Notes under the pieces: model-generated
Seen by the model: the letters and a program-made list of their open reading frames with translations, nothing else
Database searches by the model: none
Told to the model about the DNA's origin: nothing
In this document: positions 38,673 to 49,944 of the stretch, piece by piece
How positions within the stretch are numbered: position 1 is the first letter of the stretch
How the letters are laid out: each line of letters begins with the position of its first letter
Made by a program: the position numbers and the translations under genes
Assembly (NCBI RefSeq): GCF_009931435.1
Contig: NZ_CP043414.1
Direction: 5' to 3' (one strand)
Origin: Escherichia coli
GTDB lineage: Bacteria; Pseudomonadota; Gammaproteobacteria; Enterobacterales; Enterobacteriaceae
Length of the DNA stretch: 64,000 nucleotides

Positions 38673-39206
38673 TTGAAAACATTCCTAATATTTGACATAA
38701 ATCATCAACAAAACACAAAGAGGTCAGACCAGATTGAAGCGATAAAAACGATAATGCAAACTACGCGCCCTCGTATCACATGGAAGGTTTTACCAATGGC
38801 TCAGGTTGCCATTTTTAAAGAAATATTCGATCAAGTGCGAAAAGATTTAAACTGTGAATTGTTTTATTCTGAACTAAAACGTCACAATGTCTCACATTAT
38901 ATTTACTATCTAGCCACAGATAATATTCACATTGTGTTAGAAAACGATAACACCGTGTTAATAAAAGGACTTAAAAAGGTTGTAAATGTTAAATTCTCAA
39001 GAAATACGCATCTTATAGAAACGTCCTATGATAGGTTGAAATCAAGAGAAATCACATTTCAGCAATACAGGGAAAATCTTGCTAAAGCAGGAGTTTTCCG
39101 ATGGATTACAAATATCCACGAACATAAAAGATATTACTATACCTTTGATAATTCATTACTATTTACTGAGAGCATTCAGAACACTACACAAATCTTTCCA
39201 CGCTAA
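38673..39206 (+). CDS. ybcV: Hypothetical protein (YbcV-like)
   Basis: ORF track 177 aa; AT-rich; conserved position next to bor. Confidence 0.55.
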   Translation: MKTFLIFDINHQQNTKRSDQIEAIKTIMQTTRPRITWKVLPMAQVAIFKEIFDQVRKDLNCELFYSELKRHNVSHYIYYLATDNIHIVLENDNTVLIKGLKKVVNVKFSRNTHLIETSYDRLKSREITFQQYRENLAKAGVFRWITNIHEHKRYYYTFDNSLLFTESIQNTTQIFPR

Positions 39207-39496
39207 ATCATAACGTCCGGTTTCTTCCGTGTCAGCACCGGGGTGTTGGCATAATACAATACATGTACGCGCTAAACCCTGTGTGCATCGTTTTTAATTA
39301 TTCCCGGACACTCCCGCAGAGAAGTTCCCCGTCAGGGCTGTGGACATAGTTAATCCGGGAATACAATGACGATTCATCGCACCTGGCATACATTAATAAA
39401 TATTAACAATATGAAATTTCAACTCATTGTTTAGGGTTTGTTTAATTTTCTACACATACGATTCTGCGAACTTCAAAAAGCATCGGGAATAACACC

Positions 39497-39790
39497 ATGA
39501 AAAAAATGCTACTCGCTACTGCGCTGGCCCTGCTTATTACAGGATGTGCTCAACAGACATTTACTGTTCAAAACAAACAGACAGCAGTAGCACCAAAGGA
39601 AACCATCACCCATCATTTCTTCGTTTCTGGAATTGGGCAGAAGAAAACTGTCGATGCAGCTAAAATTTGTGGCGGCGCAGAAAATGTTGTTAAAACAGAA
39701 ACCCAGCAAACATTCGTAAATGGATTGCTCGGTTTTATTACTTTAGGCATTTATACTCCGCTGGAAGCGCGTGTGTATTGCTCAAAATAA
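39497..39790 (+). CDS. bor: Bor lipoprotein (serum resistance)
   Basis: ORF track 97 aa; lipobox LITGC; recognised Bor sequence. Confidence 0.9.
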   Translation: MKKMLLATALALLITGCAQQTFTVQNKQTAVAPKETITHHFFVSGIGQKKTVDAAKICGGAENVVKTETQQTFVNGLLGFITLGIYTPLEARVYCSK

Positions 39791-39821
39791 TTGCATGAGT
39801 TGCCCATCGATATGGTCAGCT

Positions 39822-40283
39822 CTATCTGCACTGCTCATTAATATACTTCTGGGTTCCTTCCAGTTGTTTTTGCATAGTGATCAGCCTCTCTCTGAGGGTG
39901 AAATAATCCCGTTCAGCGGTGTCTGCCAGTCGGGGGGAGGCTGCATTATCCACGCCGGAGGCCGTGGTGGCTTCACGCACTGACTGACAGACTGCTTTGA
40001 TGTGCAACCGACGACGACCAGCGGCAACATCATCACGCAGAGCATCATTTTCAGCTTTCGCATCAGCTAACTCCTTCGTGTATTTTGCATCGAGCGCAGC
40101 AACATCACGCTGACGCATCTGCATGTCAGTAATTGCCGCGTTCGCTAGCTTCAGTTCTCTGGCATTTTTGTCGCGCTGGACTTTGTAGGCGATTGCGTTA
40201 TCACGGTAATGATTGACCGCCCATGACAGGCTGACGATGATGCAGATAATCAGAGCGGATATAATCGCGGTTACTCTGCTCAC
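39822..40283 (-). CDS. Rz: Spanin inner membrane subunit Rz
   Basis: ORF track 39822..40295; 153-aa product if started at the GTG overlapping the R stop (GTGA); N-terminal TM plus coiled coil. Confidence 0.85.
39881..40063 (-). CDS. Rz1: Spanin outer membrane lipoprotein Rz1, embedded in Rz in another frame
   Basis: ORF track 60 aa; lipobox VVGC; proline-rich; nested inside Rz. Confidence 0.85.
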   Translation of the reverse strand: MRKLKMMLCVMMLPLVVVGCTSKQSVSQCVKPPRPPAWIMQPPPDWQTPLNGIISPSERG

Positions 40284-40777
40284 TGTTGCCCCCACAAACA
40301 GACTTCACGCTCAATCTCACGACGAGTCATCAGGCCTTTCCATTGCTTACCGCCAGCGTATGTCCAGCGACGCAGCTGATCACATGCGCCTTTGATATCG
40401 CCCTGGTTTATTTTGCGAAGAAGCGTCGATGTTCTAAAATTGCCAGCACCCACGTTGTAAACGAATGAGTAAAGAGCGCCGCGCGTTGTTTCCGGTATAT
40501 CGACTTTGATATACGGGTTAATTTGTCTGGCGACAGTGGCAAGGTCTTTATTCAAGAGTGCTTTGCATTCTGCTTTGGTATACGTTTTACCGAGCATGAT
40601 GTCTTTTCCGGTGTGTCCGTGACATACAGTCCATACACCAACAATATCTTTGTATGGTATGTAGCTGACACCTTCCAGACCATCGTTACCACTTGGGCCA
40701 GTGATTAACACTGATGCTATAGCAATTGCTCCGCCACCAATAGCAGCAGCAACGGCTTTTCGTAATGATGGAGGCAT
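40280..40777 (-). CDS. R: SAR endolysin (lysozyme with N-terminal signal-arrest-release segment, phage 21 R-like)
   Basis: ORF track 165 aa; hydrophobic Gly/Ala-rich N-terminus followed by lysozyme-type domain. Confidence 0.88.
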
Positions 40778-40992
40778 TATTCACCTCTCGCAGCCTTGCG
40801 CTTATCTTCTTTAATCTTGAAATAAAGGTTTGTCAGGTACGTCAGCAGGCCAAATACCAGGCTACCCAGCACACCTATTGCTGCCCACTGTGAGGGAGTG
40901 ACTTTATCTAGCAGCTGTAAAAACCAGTACCCGGCACTACCTGCTGAGGTGCCATAGGCGACACCCGTTGTTAACTTATCCATGGATTTCAT
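40777..40992 (-). CDS. S: Pinholin (phage 21 S-like) with dual-start motif MKSM
   Basis: ORF track 71 aa; two TM segments; Met1 and Met4 starts. Confidence 0.88.
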
Positions 40993-41108
40993 AACCCCAC
41001 CTCGCAGACAAAGCGGGTGTAAATTGAGGGAATACTACGAAACGTAACAGACTCGGAGTCAGTGAATAACTCAGGTATTGGGTTATCAGCTAATATCGAG
41101 ACTCAAAA

Positions 41109-41140
41109 AATGGAAAAACCCGCTCGACGGCGGGTTTAAG
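41109..41140 (-). terminator. Intrinsic terminator-like hairpin on the late-gene strand, about 115 bp upstream of S
   Basis: Reverse strand reads cccgccgtcgagcggg followed by a T-run. Confidence 0.5.
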
Positions 41141-41564
41141 CTGTGTGACGAAGTAACCACTCTTAACAGCATAACCAATTTTTTACGTACGTAAACCACT
41201 AAATGATATTTGAGAGAATGCTACCGAGTATTGAAAACACCACTACAAATACATAAGCAAATCTCAACAAATAACCAAAAAATAATTTCCAGTGTTATTT
41301 TTAGCCGGTTTAAATTGAACCTTCAAATTATAGAACACTTATAAATAACAGCCGTTAATATAAATTGGCTAATAGATTTATTTTTATTCAGCCAAGAGCC
41401 ATGAATAGGATTCGATAGAAAAAAGTTCAGATAAAAATAGAGATCTACTTCACAAATCAAACGAGAAACCAAAACTTACATCTTGAAATAATCACATTGA
41501 TTAGATGAATATTTATCGCGCAGTGACATCATTTTTTAATAATAGTTCAAAAAAAGGGCTCACG

Positions 41565-42662
41565 ATGAAAAAATTAACAGTGGCAATTTCTGCTGTAGCT
41601 GCATCAGTACTGATGGCGATGTCTGCTCAGGCAGCTGAAATTTATAATAAAGACAGTAACAAGCTGGATCTGTACGGGAAAGTTAATGCTAAGCACTACT
41701 TCTCCTCTAATGATGCAGATGATGGTGATACTACTTATGCCCGTCTTGGCTTCAAAGGTGAAACCCAAATCAACGATCAACTGACTGGTTTCGGTCAGTG
41801 GGAATATGAATTCAAAGGCAACCGCGCTGAATCTCAAGGTTCCTCCAAAGATAAAACCCGTCTTGCCTTCGCTGGCCTGAAATTCGGTGACTACGGCTCC
41901 ATCGATTACGGCCGTAACTACGGTGTAGCATACGACATCGGTGCGTGGACTGACGTCCTGCCAGAATTCGGTGGTGACACTTGGACTCAAACCGACGTGT
42001 TCATGACTCAACGTGCAACTGGTGTTGCAACCTATCGTAACAACGACTTCTTTGGTCTGGTTGATGGTCTGAACTTTGCTGCTCAGTACCAAGGCAAAAA
42101 CGATCGTAGCGATTTCGATAACTACACTGAAGGTAACGGTGATGGCTTCGGTTTCTCTGCTACCTATGAATACGAAGGATTCGGTATCGGTGCAACTTAT
42201 GCGAAATCTGATCGTACCGACACTCAAGTTAATGCAGGGAAAGTTCTTCCTGAAGTATTTGCTTCCGGTAAAAATGCAGAAGTTTGGGCCGCAGGTCTGA
42301 AATATGACGCTAACAACATTTACCTGGCCACTACCTATTCTGAAACCCAGAATATGACTGTATTTGCTGATCACTTCGTTGCTAATAAAGCCCAAAACTT
42401 CGAAGCTGTTGCACAATATCAGTTCGATTTCGGTCTGCGTCCGTCCGTTGCTTACCTGCAATCTAAAGGTAAGGATCTTGGAGTATGGGGCGATCAGGAC
42501 TTAGTCAAATATGTTGATGTAGGTGCAACCTATTACTTCAACAAAAATATGTCTACTTTCGTTGATTACAAAATCAACCTGCTTGACAAAAATGACTTCA
42601 CTAAAGCACTCGGTGTAAGCACTGATGACATCGTTGCTGTAGGTCTGGTTTACCAGTTCTAA
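41565..42662 (+). CDS. nmpC: Outer membrane porin NmpC (OmpC/OmpD family), intact
   Basis: ORF track 41505..42662; start at MKKLTVAIS with signal peptide; C-terminal Phe; no IS interruption. Confidence 0.9.
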   Translation: MKKLTVAISAVAASVLMAMSAQAAEIYNKDSNKLDLYGKVNAKHYFSSNDADDGDTTYARLGFKGETQINDQLTGFGQWEYEFKGNRAESQGSSKDKTRLAFAGLKFGDYGSIDYGRNYGVAYDIGAWTDVLPEFGGDTWTQTDVFMTQRATGVATYRNNDFFGLVDGLNFAAQYQGKNDRSDFDNYTEGNGDGFGFSATYEYEGFGIGATYAKSDRTDTQVNAGKVLPEVFASGKNAEVWAAGLKYDANNIYLATTYSETQNMTVFADHFVANKAQNFEAVAQYQFDFGLRPSVAYLQSKGKDLGVWGDQDLVKYVDVGATYYFNKNMSTFVDYKINLLDKNDFTKALGVSTDDIVAVGLVYQF

Positions 42663-42851
42663 TCTGATTACGAAAAAGATATGTTGCGGGAGGCGTTGCC
42701 TCCCCAACATATAAGTGGCTCCCTCAAGCCACTTCCTTTAGAAGCACAACCTTGCTTCTAACTATATAAACCTTCTGTTATATATTACCCTTTATTTTTG
42801 GGGGCGTCTCAACGCCCCATTTTTAATAATTTTTAGTAAACAATTGGCATA

Positions 42852-43235
42852 TTAATTAGAGTTATTAACAACGATATCCATCTCTAACCGGATATCTAAT
42901 GCCATTAACATCCCTTCAATTATGCCCTCAGCCTTCTGTAACCTTTTCCCGATATAACCATCAGAGCAGCAATGCTTACCTGCCAGTGACATGAATGTCA
43001 TACCGACTACATAATAATCTACTAATAAATCGTGCAAATCGCTGTTGTTCTTTTTCAGACGGGCCATGCACCCGCAAATGATCATCGCGTCATCGTCACA
43101 ACATTGCGGGCGAGATTTTACTTTTGAAGTAATTAATCCCTTAAAACCGGCGGCAATGGACGACCAGGTCACATCTTCATGATTATTAGCCGCCCACGCT
43201 CCCCAACGCTCAAGAACCATCTGAATATCACGCAT
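42852..43235 (-). CDS. quuD: Late gene antiterminator Q (QuuD-like)
   Basis: ORF track 42852..43250; internal Met gives 127 aa; Cys-rich zinc-binding region. Confidence 0.82.
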   Translation of the reverse strand: MRDIQMVLERWGAWAANNHEDVTWSSIAAGFKGLITSKVKSRPQCCDDDAMIICGCMARLKKNNSDLHDLLVDYYVVGMTFMSLAGKHCCSDGYIGKRLQKAEGIIEGMLMALDIRLEMDIVVNNSN

Positions 43236-43457
43236 CAACTTACTCCACAAAAATCAGACCAGAACGCCAATTACAAGCAAAAATCAACAAAACAGTATTA
43301 GTTGATTGTTATCTCTGACTTCATACTCCTGCTCCTGTCAGGGTTTTGGCGTAATTCTTCAGTATTCGGTAATCGGTCAAAACAGAACCGGGGAAACGAT
43401 ATAAGCGCAGACGCCCCCAGCGGTGGCGAAGAAGTTCTGCCATATTAAACTCAAACA

Positions 43458-43820
43458 TCATTCATTCCCCATTTCGGTGATGGTCAGTTCCAGCCTCCCA
43501 CCTTTGGTAACAGGCATCTTCACAACGCGGTAATCAACGACCTGAGCATCATCCAGCCAGAAACCTGCTTTAGTGAGTGCGTCAAAAGCGGCTTTTTGCA
43601 GATTATCCAGGTCACGGCGACGGCGATCCGGCATGTGGCACTCAATGCGGATTTTCACAGGCATAGCCAGGCCGATATCCAGCATTGCGTTTTTAATGAT
43701 TCGGGCGACGTTATCGCGGTATGCCTGCCCCTCTGCGCTGACGTGCGTGCGCCCGCGATTATGGCGGTAATAGCGATTATTGCTCGGAGGCCAGGGTAAT
43801 GTGATGCTGTAGGTATTCAC
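43458..43820 (-). CDS. rusA: Holliday junction resolvase RusA
   Basis: ORF track 120 aa; recognised RusA sequence. Confidence 0.9.
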   Translation of the reverse strand: MNTYSITLPWPPSNNRYYRHNRGRTHVSAEGQAYRDNVARIIKNAMLDIGLAMPVKIRIECHMPDRRRRDLDNLQKAAFDALTKAGFWLDDAQVVDYRVVKMPVTKGGRLELTITEMGNE

Positions 43821-44146
43821 GCCTTAATAACCCCCTCTTTCAGCCAGATAACCTGTGTTCTCGCCATACCTTCCAGCGCGCATTCTTTTGCATATCCAGC
43901 GTCAACAAAATGCGTGCGGCGGTCGATTTCGTCGTGGCAGGCAGAACATGCAATGGTGGCAATCAGGTCTGGCGGTTTCGTACCGGTGCCGCACAATCCA
44001 GTCAGCCGGATATGTGCCAGTACAGACGTTTCAGGGTTGCCATTACATACGCCAGGGATTCTTACCTGGCATTCCCGACCACGCGCTGCTTTTCTCAAAT
44101 CAGCCATGACTCCTCCTTGCTGCCAGTCGCAACCATTTTTTATCAA
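43817..44146 (-). CDS. ybcO: Cys-rich nin-region protein (YbcO-like)
   Basis: ORF track 109 aa; position between ninE and rusA. Confidence 0.65.
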   Translation of the reverse strand: MIKNGCDWQQGGVMADLRKAARGRECQVRIPGVCNGNPETSVLAHIRLTGLCGTGTKPPDLIATIACSACHDEIDRRTHFVDAGYAKECALEGMARTQVIWLKEGVIKA

Positions 44147-44270
44147 CCAAGCTGGCGGTATATCCGAGCAGTGTTGGTATTTCGGATGGCTTCAGCTCAG
44201 GTTTACGCTTACGACGATTTGGTACTCTGTAGATGTGTCCGTTCATGACACGAATAAGCGGTGTAGCCAT
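44100..44270 (-). CDS. ninE: NinE-like protein
   Basis: ORF track 44100..44333; internal Met chosen (56 aa), start overlapping the ybcN stop. Confidence 0.6.
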   Translation of the reverse strand: MATPLIRVMNGHIYRVPNRRKRKPELKPSEIPTLLGYTASLVDKKWLRLAARRSHG

Positions 44271-44725
44271 TACGCCTCCTGCTTGTCGCGCAGCAGCTGG
44301 AACTCGCAGCTCTGTGGAATAGTCAGGTGGCAACCAATATTCATCGCCCAGGCTTCAACCTTACACAGGAAGACATACATCTCTCCGGTATCAAGATCGG
44401 AGGTATGGCGTAACGACTGGATAGTGGTGATATCACCGGTTACGACATCAACCAGGTCTTTGGTTTCATAACCGAGATATGTGTGTTTGAGAGCATCTTT
44501 TACCCAAGCTGGAGTGGCGAACGTTTTACCCCTGCTGATGAGGTATTCACTGATTTCGCTGTACCACATGTGGCTGAGTGCATTCTGGGAAAGACTGCGT
44601 TTCTCACGCCACGGTTTAAGCACCATGCGAAAGCATTTGCCCTCCTCCAGATAAGGCTGGATCTGCCGACCGATAGCGGTGAAGTTGCCGCGATGTAATT
44701 TGATGCCGTCTTGTGAGAGGTTCAC
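44270..44725 (-). CDS. ybcN: nin-region protein YbcN
   Basis: ORF track 151 aa; K-12 DLP12 gene order. Confidence 0.75.
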
Positions 44726-44939
44726 GCTTCCCCTCCGCAGAGGTCAAACGCTAGATGCAAAGAATTGCAGGTGCATTTCTGCATCTGTGAAGGGAGAAGA
44801 GAGTTTGGATTGTATGTGCGCATAAACGTCCCCGTTTAGCGCAGAAGTCACCGGAGTTGTTCAGGCTCCGGTGACATAATTATGCCGTGTTGATTTCCCA
44901 AAATCAAAATCGATAGAATTGCTCCTTCTTAAAACACTT

Positions 44940-45737
44940 TTACTCTCTGGAAGCTTTTCTTATCTCTCTTGGTGTTATATTAAAACGATTATGAAATCTT
45001 TCAGTAAAACGAGAAGGACACTTATAACCATTTTCTCTGGCAATCTCGCTTATAGGTTTTACCGTCGTTTGTATAGCAGACAACGCATTATTTAACCTCA
45101 CATCGTCCAGTATACTTTGGAAACTTACCCCCTCGCTTGCTAGACGGCGATGTAATGTAGAAACAGAAATGTAGAGATATCGAGCAACCTTGTTTGCTGT
45201 CCATTTTGTGCCGGGTTCGGATAGCAGCAGGTTATAACAACGACTTATCAATGATTGTTTACTATATGATAAAAGTAAATGATTAACATGATTCACTCCT
45301 AACGAAAGTAGAACGCCCATTGCTAAGTGCTCCTGAATTTTAGTTGAGAAGCCTCGGGAAACAGATGTTTTTAGTTGCTCCCAACAATATATTAACTCAG
45401 GATTCTGAGGTAAAAAGAAACTTGTTTTGTTACGTATTTGATCAGTTACCGTATAAAGTTTTTGGAAACTCTCAATTAAATCAATGGGTAAGTAAAGCAT
45501 TTCTGCAAGATAAAGCCCTGCTTCAGGATAATTCTCAATATAAAATTCATAACCACAAGGAAATAATATTATTTGATTATTATCAACAGTTAAAGTATGC
45601 GTCTCCCAATTGATAACTTTCTTTCCCTGACGGATACGACACAAAGCTGGCATAAGAGGCTTAACCCTATGAATCTCATGATGTTTATGCATCCGTATTT
45701 CTTCGATCTTTAAGTTAGTCTTACCTCTTGCCAGCAT
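44940..45737 (-). CDS. ybcM: AraC-family transcriptional regulator YbcM
   Basis: ORF track 265 aa; C-terminal AraC HTH; low GC. Confidence 0.78.
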
Positions 45738-45746
45738 ACTCTCACC

Positions 45747-46298
45747 CTACTTTATCTCATAAACTGGTGTTATCTCAGCGGTTGCGATTTTATTAGCATT
45801 AAGCATATAACCAACTAACGCTCCGCTGGAGTTAGAATCTACAGGAATCTTTTCAGTTTTTAGAGCCCATACTTTAAACTGGTAATGATGTGGTTTATCT
45901 CCTTTAGGAGGACATGCGCCACCAAACCCAGCATAGCCAAAATCATTTCGGCCTTGAACAGCACCAGTCGGCAGTTTTGTTCCATCACGTCTCCCTGCAT
46001 CAACGGGCAAATATGTTACTGTTGCTGGAATATTAACAACAGTCCAATGCCACCAACCACTGCCTGTAGGTGCATCTGGATCATATACAGTTACGGCAAA
46101 GCTTTTGGTACCTTCAGGAACACCAGACCAGGTTAATGAGGGCGATGTATTACCACCTTCACACCCAAATCCAGAAAAGACATGAGACGTTGTAAGTTGC
46201 TCTCCTGTTTTTATTTCATTACTAGTGACCTGAAATGCTGCAGCCTGCGCAGAAAATGTTATGAATGCCAATACAGTTGAAACGATAAGTGTTTTCAT
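45747..46298 (-). CDS. ybcL: Periplasmic PEBP-family protein YbcL
   Basis: ORF track 183 aa; signal peptide; recognised YbcL sequence. Confidence 0.82.
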   Translation of the reverse strand: MKTLIVSTVLAFITFSAQAAAFQVTSNEIKTGEQLTTSHVFSGFGCEGGNTSPSLTWSGVPEGTKSFAVTVYDPDAPTGSGWWHWTVVNIPATVTYLPVDAGRRDGTKLPTGAVQGRNDFGYAGFGGACPPKGDKPHHYQFKVWALKTEKIPVDSNSSGALVGYMLNANKIATAEITPVYEIK

Positions 46299-46762
46299 AA
46301 AAACCTCTTTGTTATGACCTATCGTTATTTTATTTGATATTCCTTTATCTCATTATGCATAAAGGCGCAATGTTCATGCAAAAGCAATCACAATTGTACC
46401 CCCAACCCAATTATTTGCCACAATATACACAAAGCACATTGATACTATCTAAAAACTCTGCTTTATTATTAGTAACACCTACGAAAGTCGGTGTTATTTT
46501 TTAACCTACCATTCAAAATACGTGACATACACCATTTTGCTCATAATAATTTGTCACGTATTTTCAGTATTTGAATCTGCGACCAAGAGTTCTCACCTAA
46601 CAAATGATTAAGATTGTATAGCTCATTTACTACCCCAATACAGCCGTACAAAACTCGCTTGTGGGAGCAAACAAAGTAATTACCCATTAAGTTTCGTCAA
46701 AGATAATTAATTCTGTCTTGCACTTTATCACCATAGCATAACTTAAAATCCGAGATCATTAT

Positions 46763-48289
46763 TTAGAAATAAATCTCACCATCAACCATATATTTGAGAG
46801 CACTTATCGCCTGCTGGGCGGATATTACTTTCATTAAAGGATAGTGTTTAAAAACAATGCCATTCATAAAATAGATATCACAGGTTTTATTATCCGTATT
46901 AATTATGATTTTTTCGAATGTTTTATAGGCAAGTGTACGGCATAACTCTCGTCCATTTTTACTGGTTAAGTCAATAGCATAAAAATCACTGAATGAATTT
47001 ACACCTTTACTCTTCAAAGTTTTCAATGATACCGAAGCCCTTCGTAATTCCTTATCTAATAGTCTTATTTTCTCTGCTATAGCGGTAACTTCAGGCGCGA
47101 CAGACAATGCAACGATTAAATTATTAATTTTCATCTGAAGCTCAATAATTTTTAACTCTAAAGTTTCATTAGCATCTTTCTTGTTTTCAACTGGTTGAAT
47201 TTTGCTACAATTAAAAAGCAATTCATTAATGATATTATAATCAACCAAATCTCTTTTTATTGATGGCCTGTCACATCGATGTAATCTTCTCATCGGACAA
47301 ACATAATAGCCATGCAAACTTCCAGATACCGCATGAACAATCATGGTATTACCACAAGCCTCACACTTCATAACTGTTCGAAGTAGATTTATTAGCATAG
47401 GATTCTTGCTACTATTGCTAATACCAAAAGGTGCCAACCGAATTTCCTGTACAGCGTAAAACAAATCATCTGATATGACTCTGGGATAATAGCCAGCGAT
47501 TTCACTTATCCCTTTCCCTCTTGCACGATATGAAGGTACGCAAATACCTATCAGAGCTTTATTCGCTAATAATTTTTCAATTACAGAAGGTCCCCATGCA
47601 CTTTCTTTTCCTGAGAAATTCTTTACAGCATGATCATTTAAATACTTGGCTATTGCATTCAATGAGCGCCTTTCCATCCTGAGTTTAAAAATTAGCTCAA
47701 TAGTTTTCACCCTGTCTGGGTCTGGAACAAAAGCCGTTCTTTTGTCATCTAAGGAGAGCCATCTCGGATAAGACGCCGTCATAATCGTACCTGATTCCAG
47801 TGCATCCTGCCGTTTTTTCTTCCATGATAATTTAACCCGACTTGACTTTATCTCGCTTTCTTCATTTGCCCTTTGTGCTATAAGTATGGCTTTTATTAAT
47901 GAATATGGCTCATTCAAAGAGTCAATATTATAGACTGTATTGTCGCAAAGAGTTATAACATCAATACCGTGATTCAAAATCAATTTCAGACGTTCAATCG
48001 CTTCACCGACTTTTTCTCTTGAAAGTCTGTCCAGACTTTCAACTAACAATGTAGTTCCTGGCAATATATAACCATGCTCTATAGCATCTAAAAATTCCGA
48101 AAAAGCTCCTGATTGTGCATGCTTTCCTTTGAATGCACTTAATCCTAAATCTTCATATGTTATGGTATCAAGATAATAATCACTATTTACCTTTAACCAT
48201 TCAGCAATAAGTCTTCTCTGTCGGTTTAATGAGTCGCCAGACATCTGACCTGGTGATGAAAATCGCATATATGCTATGGCTTTTTTCAT
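46763..48289 (-). CDS. ybcK: Large serine recombinase (YbcK-like)
   Basis: ORF track 508 aa; N-terminal resolvase catalytic motif (YMRFSS), Cys-rich zinc ribbon, C-terminal coiled coil. Confidence 0.82.
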   Translation of the reverse strand: MKKAIAYMRFSSPGQMSGDSLNRQRRLIAEWLKVNSDYYLDTITYEDLGLSAFKGKHAQSGAFSEFLDAIEHGYILPGTTLLVESLDRLSREKVGEAIERLKLILNHGIDVITLCDNTVYNIDSLNEPYSLIKAILIAQRANEESEIKSSRVKLSWKKKRQDALESGTIMTASYPRWLSLDDKRTAFVPDPDRVKTIELIFKLRMERRSLNAIAKYLNDHAVKNFSGKESAWGPSVIEKLLANKALIGICVPSYRARGKGISEIAGYYPRVISDDLFYAVQEIRLAPFGISNSSKNPMLINLLRTVMKCEACGNTMIVHAVSGSLHGYYVCPMRRLHRCDRPSIKRDLVDYNIINELLFNCSKIQPVENKKDANETLELKIIELQMKINNLIVALSVAPEVTAIAEKIRLLDKELRRASVSLKTLKSKGVNSFSDFYAIDLTSKNGRELCRTLAYKTFEKIIINTDNKTCDIYFMNGIVFKHYPLMKVISAQQAISALKYMVDGEIYF

Positions 48290-48543
48290 GGTGACACCTG
48301 CTAACGTATGCTTTTATAAACCTTAGTGGTGGGATATAATTTTTGTTTATTTTTTATTTAAAAAGACAATTAAGGTCACATTATCTTGAATATACAACAA
48401 TAATCGTATTGCAATTTTCTTACGCCATAATCTTGAAAGCACAAAAGAATACATAAAAAATAAAGACATTAACAAAAAGCATAAAACGAGGCTCATATAA
48501 ATATAAGAGCCTCCATATTTTAGTCGTTTAGAAACAAATTATT

Positions 48544-48876
48544 TTAATGTGGTGTGCTTCGTGACAATAAATTAATAATCAACACACCGGCACAAATCAA
48601 CATCATGCCTATAATGGCTGGCAGGTCCAGCCGTTGGCCGAAAAATCCCCATGACAGTAAGCTAATCAGGACAATACCGACTCCTGACCAGATAGCATAA
48701 GCAATCCCTGTAGGAATATAAGCCAGCGTCTGAGCTAATAACCAGAATGATGCACAATAACAAATAATTGTACCAACAGATGGCCATAACCGTGTAAAAC
48801 CTTCTGAAAACTTCATTAAGGTTGTACCAATGACCTCTGCAAGTATTGCACCACCAAGATAAATATAAGGGTTCAT
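48544..48876 (-). CDS. emrE: SMR-family multidrug efflux transporter EmrE
   Basis: ORF track 48544..48930; start at MNPYIYLGG gives 110 aa; four TM segments. Confidence 0.9.
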   Translation of the reverse strand: MNPYIYLGGAILAEVIGTTLMKFSEGFTRLWPSVGTIICYCASFWLLAQTLAYIPTGIAYAIWSGVGIVLISLLSWGFFGQRLDLPAIIGMMLICAGVLIINLLSRSTPH

Positions 48877-48943
48877 AGCATATTCTTTCCTGTTCAAACT
48901 GGAGAGAATTGTACTACAGTTTGAACTCAACTCACCTGTTTCA

Positions 48944-49246
48944 TCATTGTGTTCCCATTGATGTTCTTTTATATACCCTCAATACCCGTTTCATCGCGGC
49001 ACTCTGGCGACACTCCTTAAAAATCAGATTCGTGCTCACCTTTCCTTCCCATTCTTCTCTGGTAGCGAACCGGTAATACACCGTTCGCCAGACCTTACCA
49101 TCAACGACCAGGATTCCTGCCCGCGCCATTTTAGCCGCAGCCTGATTTATGCTGGTTACGGTTGCGCCTGTTACCGCGGCAACGTCCTGTGCACAGAAGC
49201 TCTTATGCGTCCCCAGGTAATGAATAATTGCCTCTTTGCCCGTCAT
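48944..49246 (-). CDS. ren: Ren-like protein
   Basis: ORF track 100 aa; immediately downstream of P as in lambda. Confidence 0.7.
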   Translation of the reverse strand: MTGKEAIIHYLGTHKSFCAQDVAAVTGATVTSINQAAAKMARAGILVVDGKVWRTVYYRFATREEWEGKVSTNLIFKECRQSAAMKRVLRVYKRTSMGTQ

Positions 49247-49944
49247 ACACTTGCTCCTTTCAGTCCGAACTTAGCTTTAATTTCTGCGATCTTCGCCAGA
49301 GCCTGTGCACGATTTAGAGGTCTACCGCCCATAACAGGAAGTTGTTTTACTGGTTCAGGTATCGTCTCACCACGGTTAATTCGCGCTGTCATACAGGTCA
49401 GTTCATCGGCAGCCTTGCGCCGTAATTCCGCGTCAGCCAGCGCATTGGCCCGCATGTTCTGGTACAAGTTGGTAACCAACCAGTAATGCGCGTTCGATTT
49501 CCACGGATAAGACTCTGCATCCGGATACAGGCCACGCTTCCGGCAATACTCGTAAACCATATCAACCAGCTCGCTGACGTTTGGCAGCCCGGCGTTAACA
49601 GATGCTTCTTCCCGGCACCAGGCGACAAACTGCCCGGGTGATGGCAGGAATGGTCGATTCTGCCGACGGGCTACGCGCATTCCAGCGTTAACCTGTTCCA
49701 TTGTGGTGATCCCGTTTTCCCGGAAAGCCAGAACCCACTGGCGGCGGATTTCGTTCAGTTCATTCTGGTCACGGTTAGCCAGGCTAGCCGGGAAAGTTGC
49801 CAGTAACTGGCTGAACACACCGTTGATGATCTGCGCTACCTGCTGTACCTGCGGCTTTTCGTCGTACTGTTCCGGCATATTGTTGGCGATCCGGCGCATC
49901 TGCTCACGGTCAAAGTTAACCATCTGTGCGGCGATGTTTTTCAT
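49243..49944 (-). CDS. P: Replication protein P (DnaB helicase loader)
   Basis: ORF track 233 aa, lambda gpP length. Confidence 0.9.
   Translation of the reverse strand: MKNIAAQMVNFDREQMRRIANNMPEQYDEKPQVQQVAQIINGVFSQLLATFPASLANRDQNELNEIRRQWVLAFRENGITTMEQVNAGMRVARRQNRPFLPSPGQFVAWCREEASVNAGLPNVSELVDMVYEYCRKRGLYPDAESYPWKSNAHYWLVTNLYQNMRANALADAELRRKAADELTCMTARINRGETIPEPVKQLPVMGGRPLNRAQALAKIAEIKAKFGLKGASV

Noticed and set aside
48290-48930. N-terminal extension of EmrE (128-aa ORF) and possible extra gene in the ybcK-emrE gap
   Set aside because: The extension lacks RBS support; the Met at MNPYIYLGG gives the canonical 110-aa EmrE
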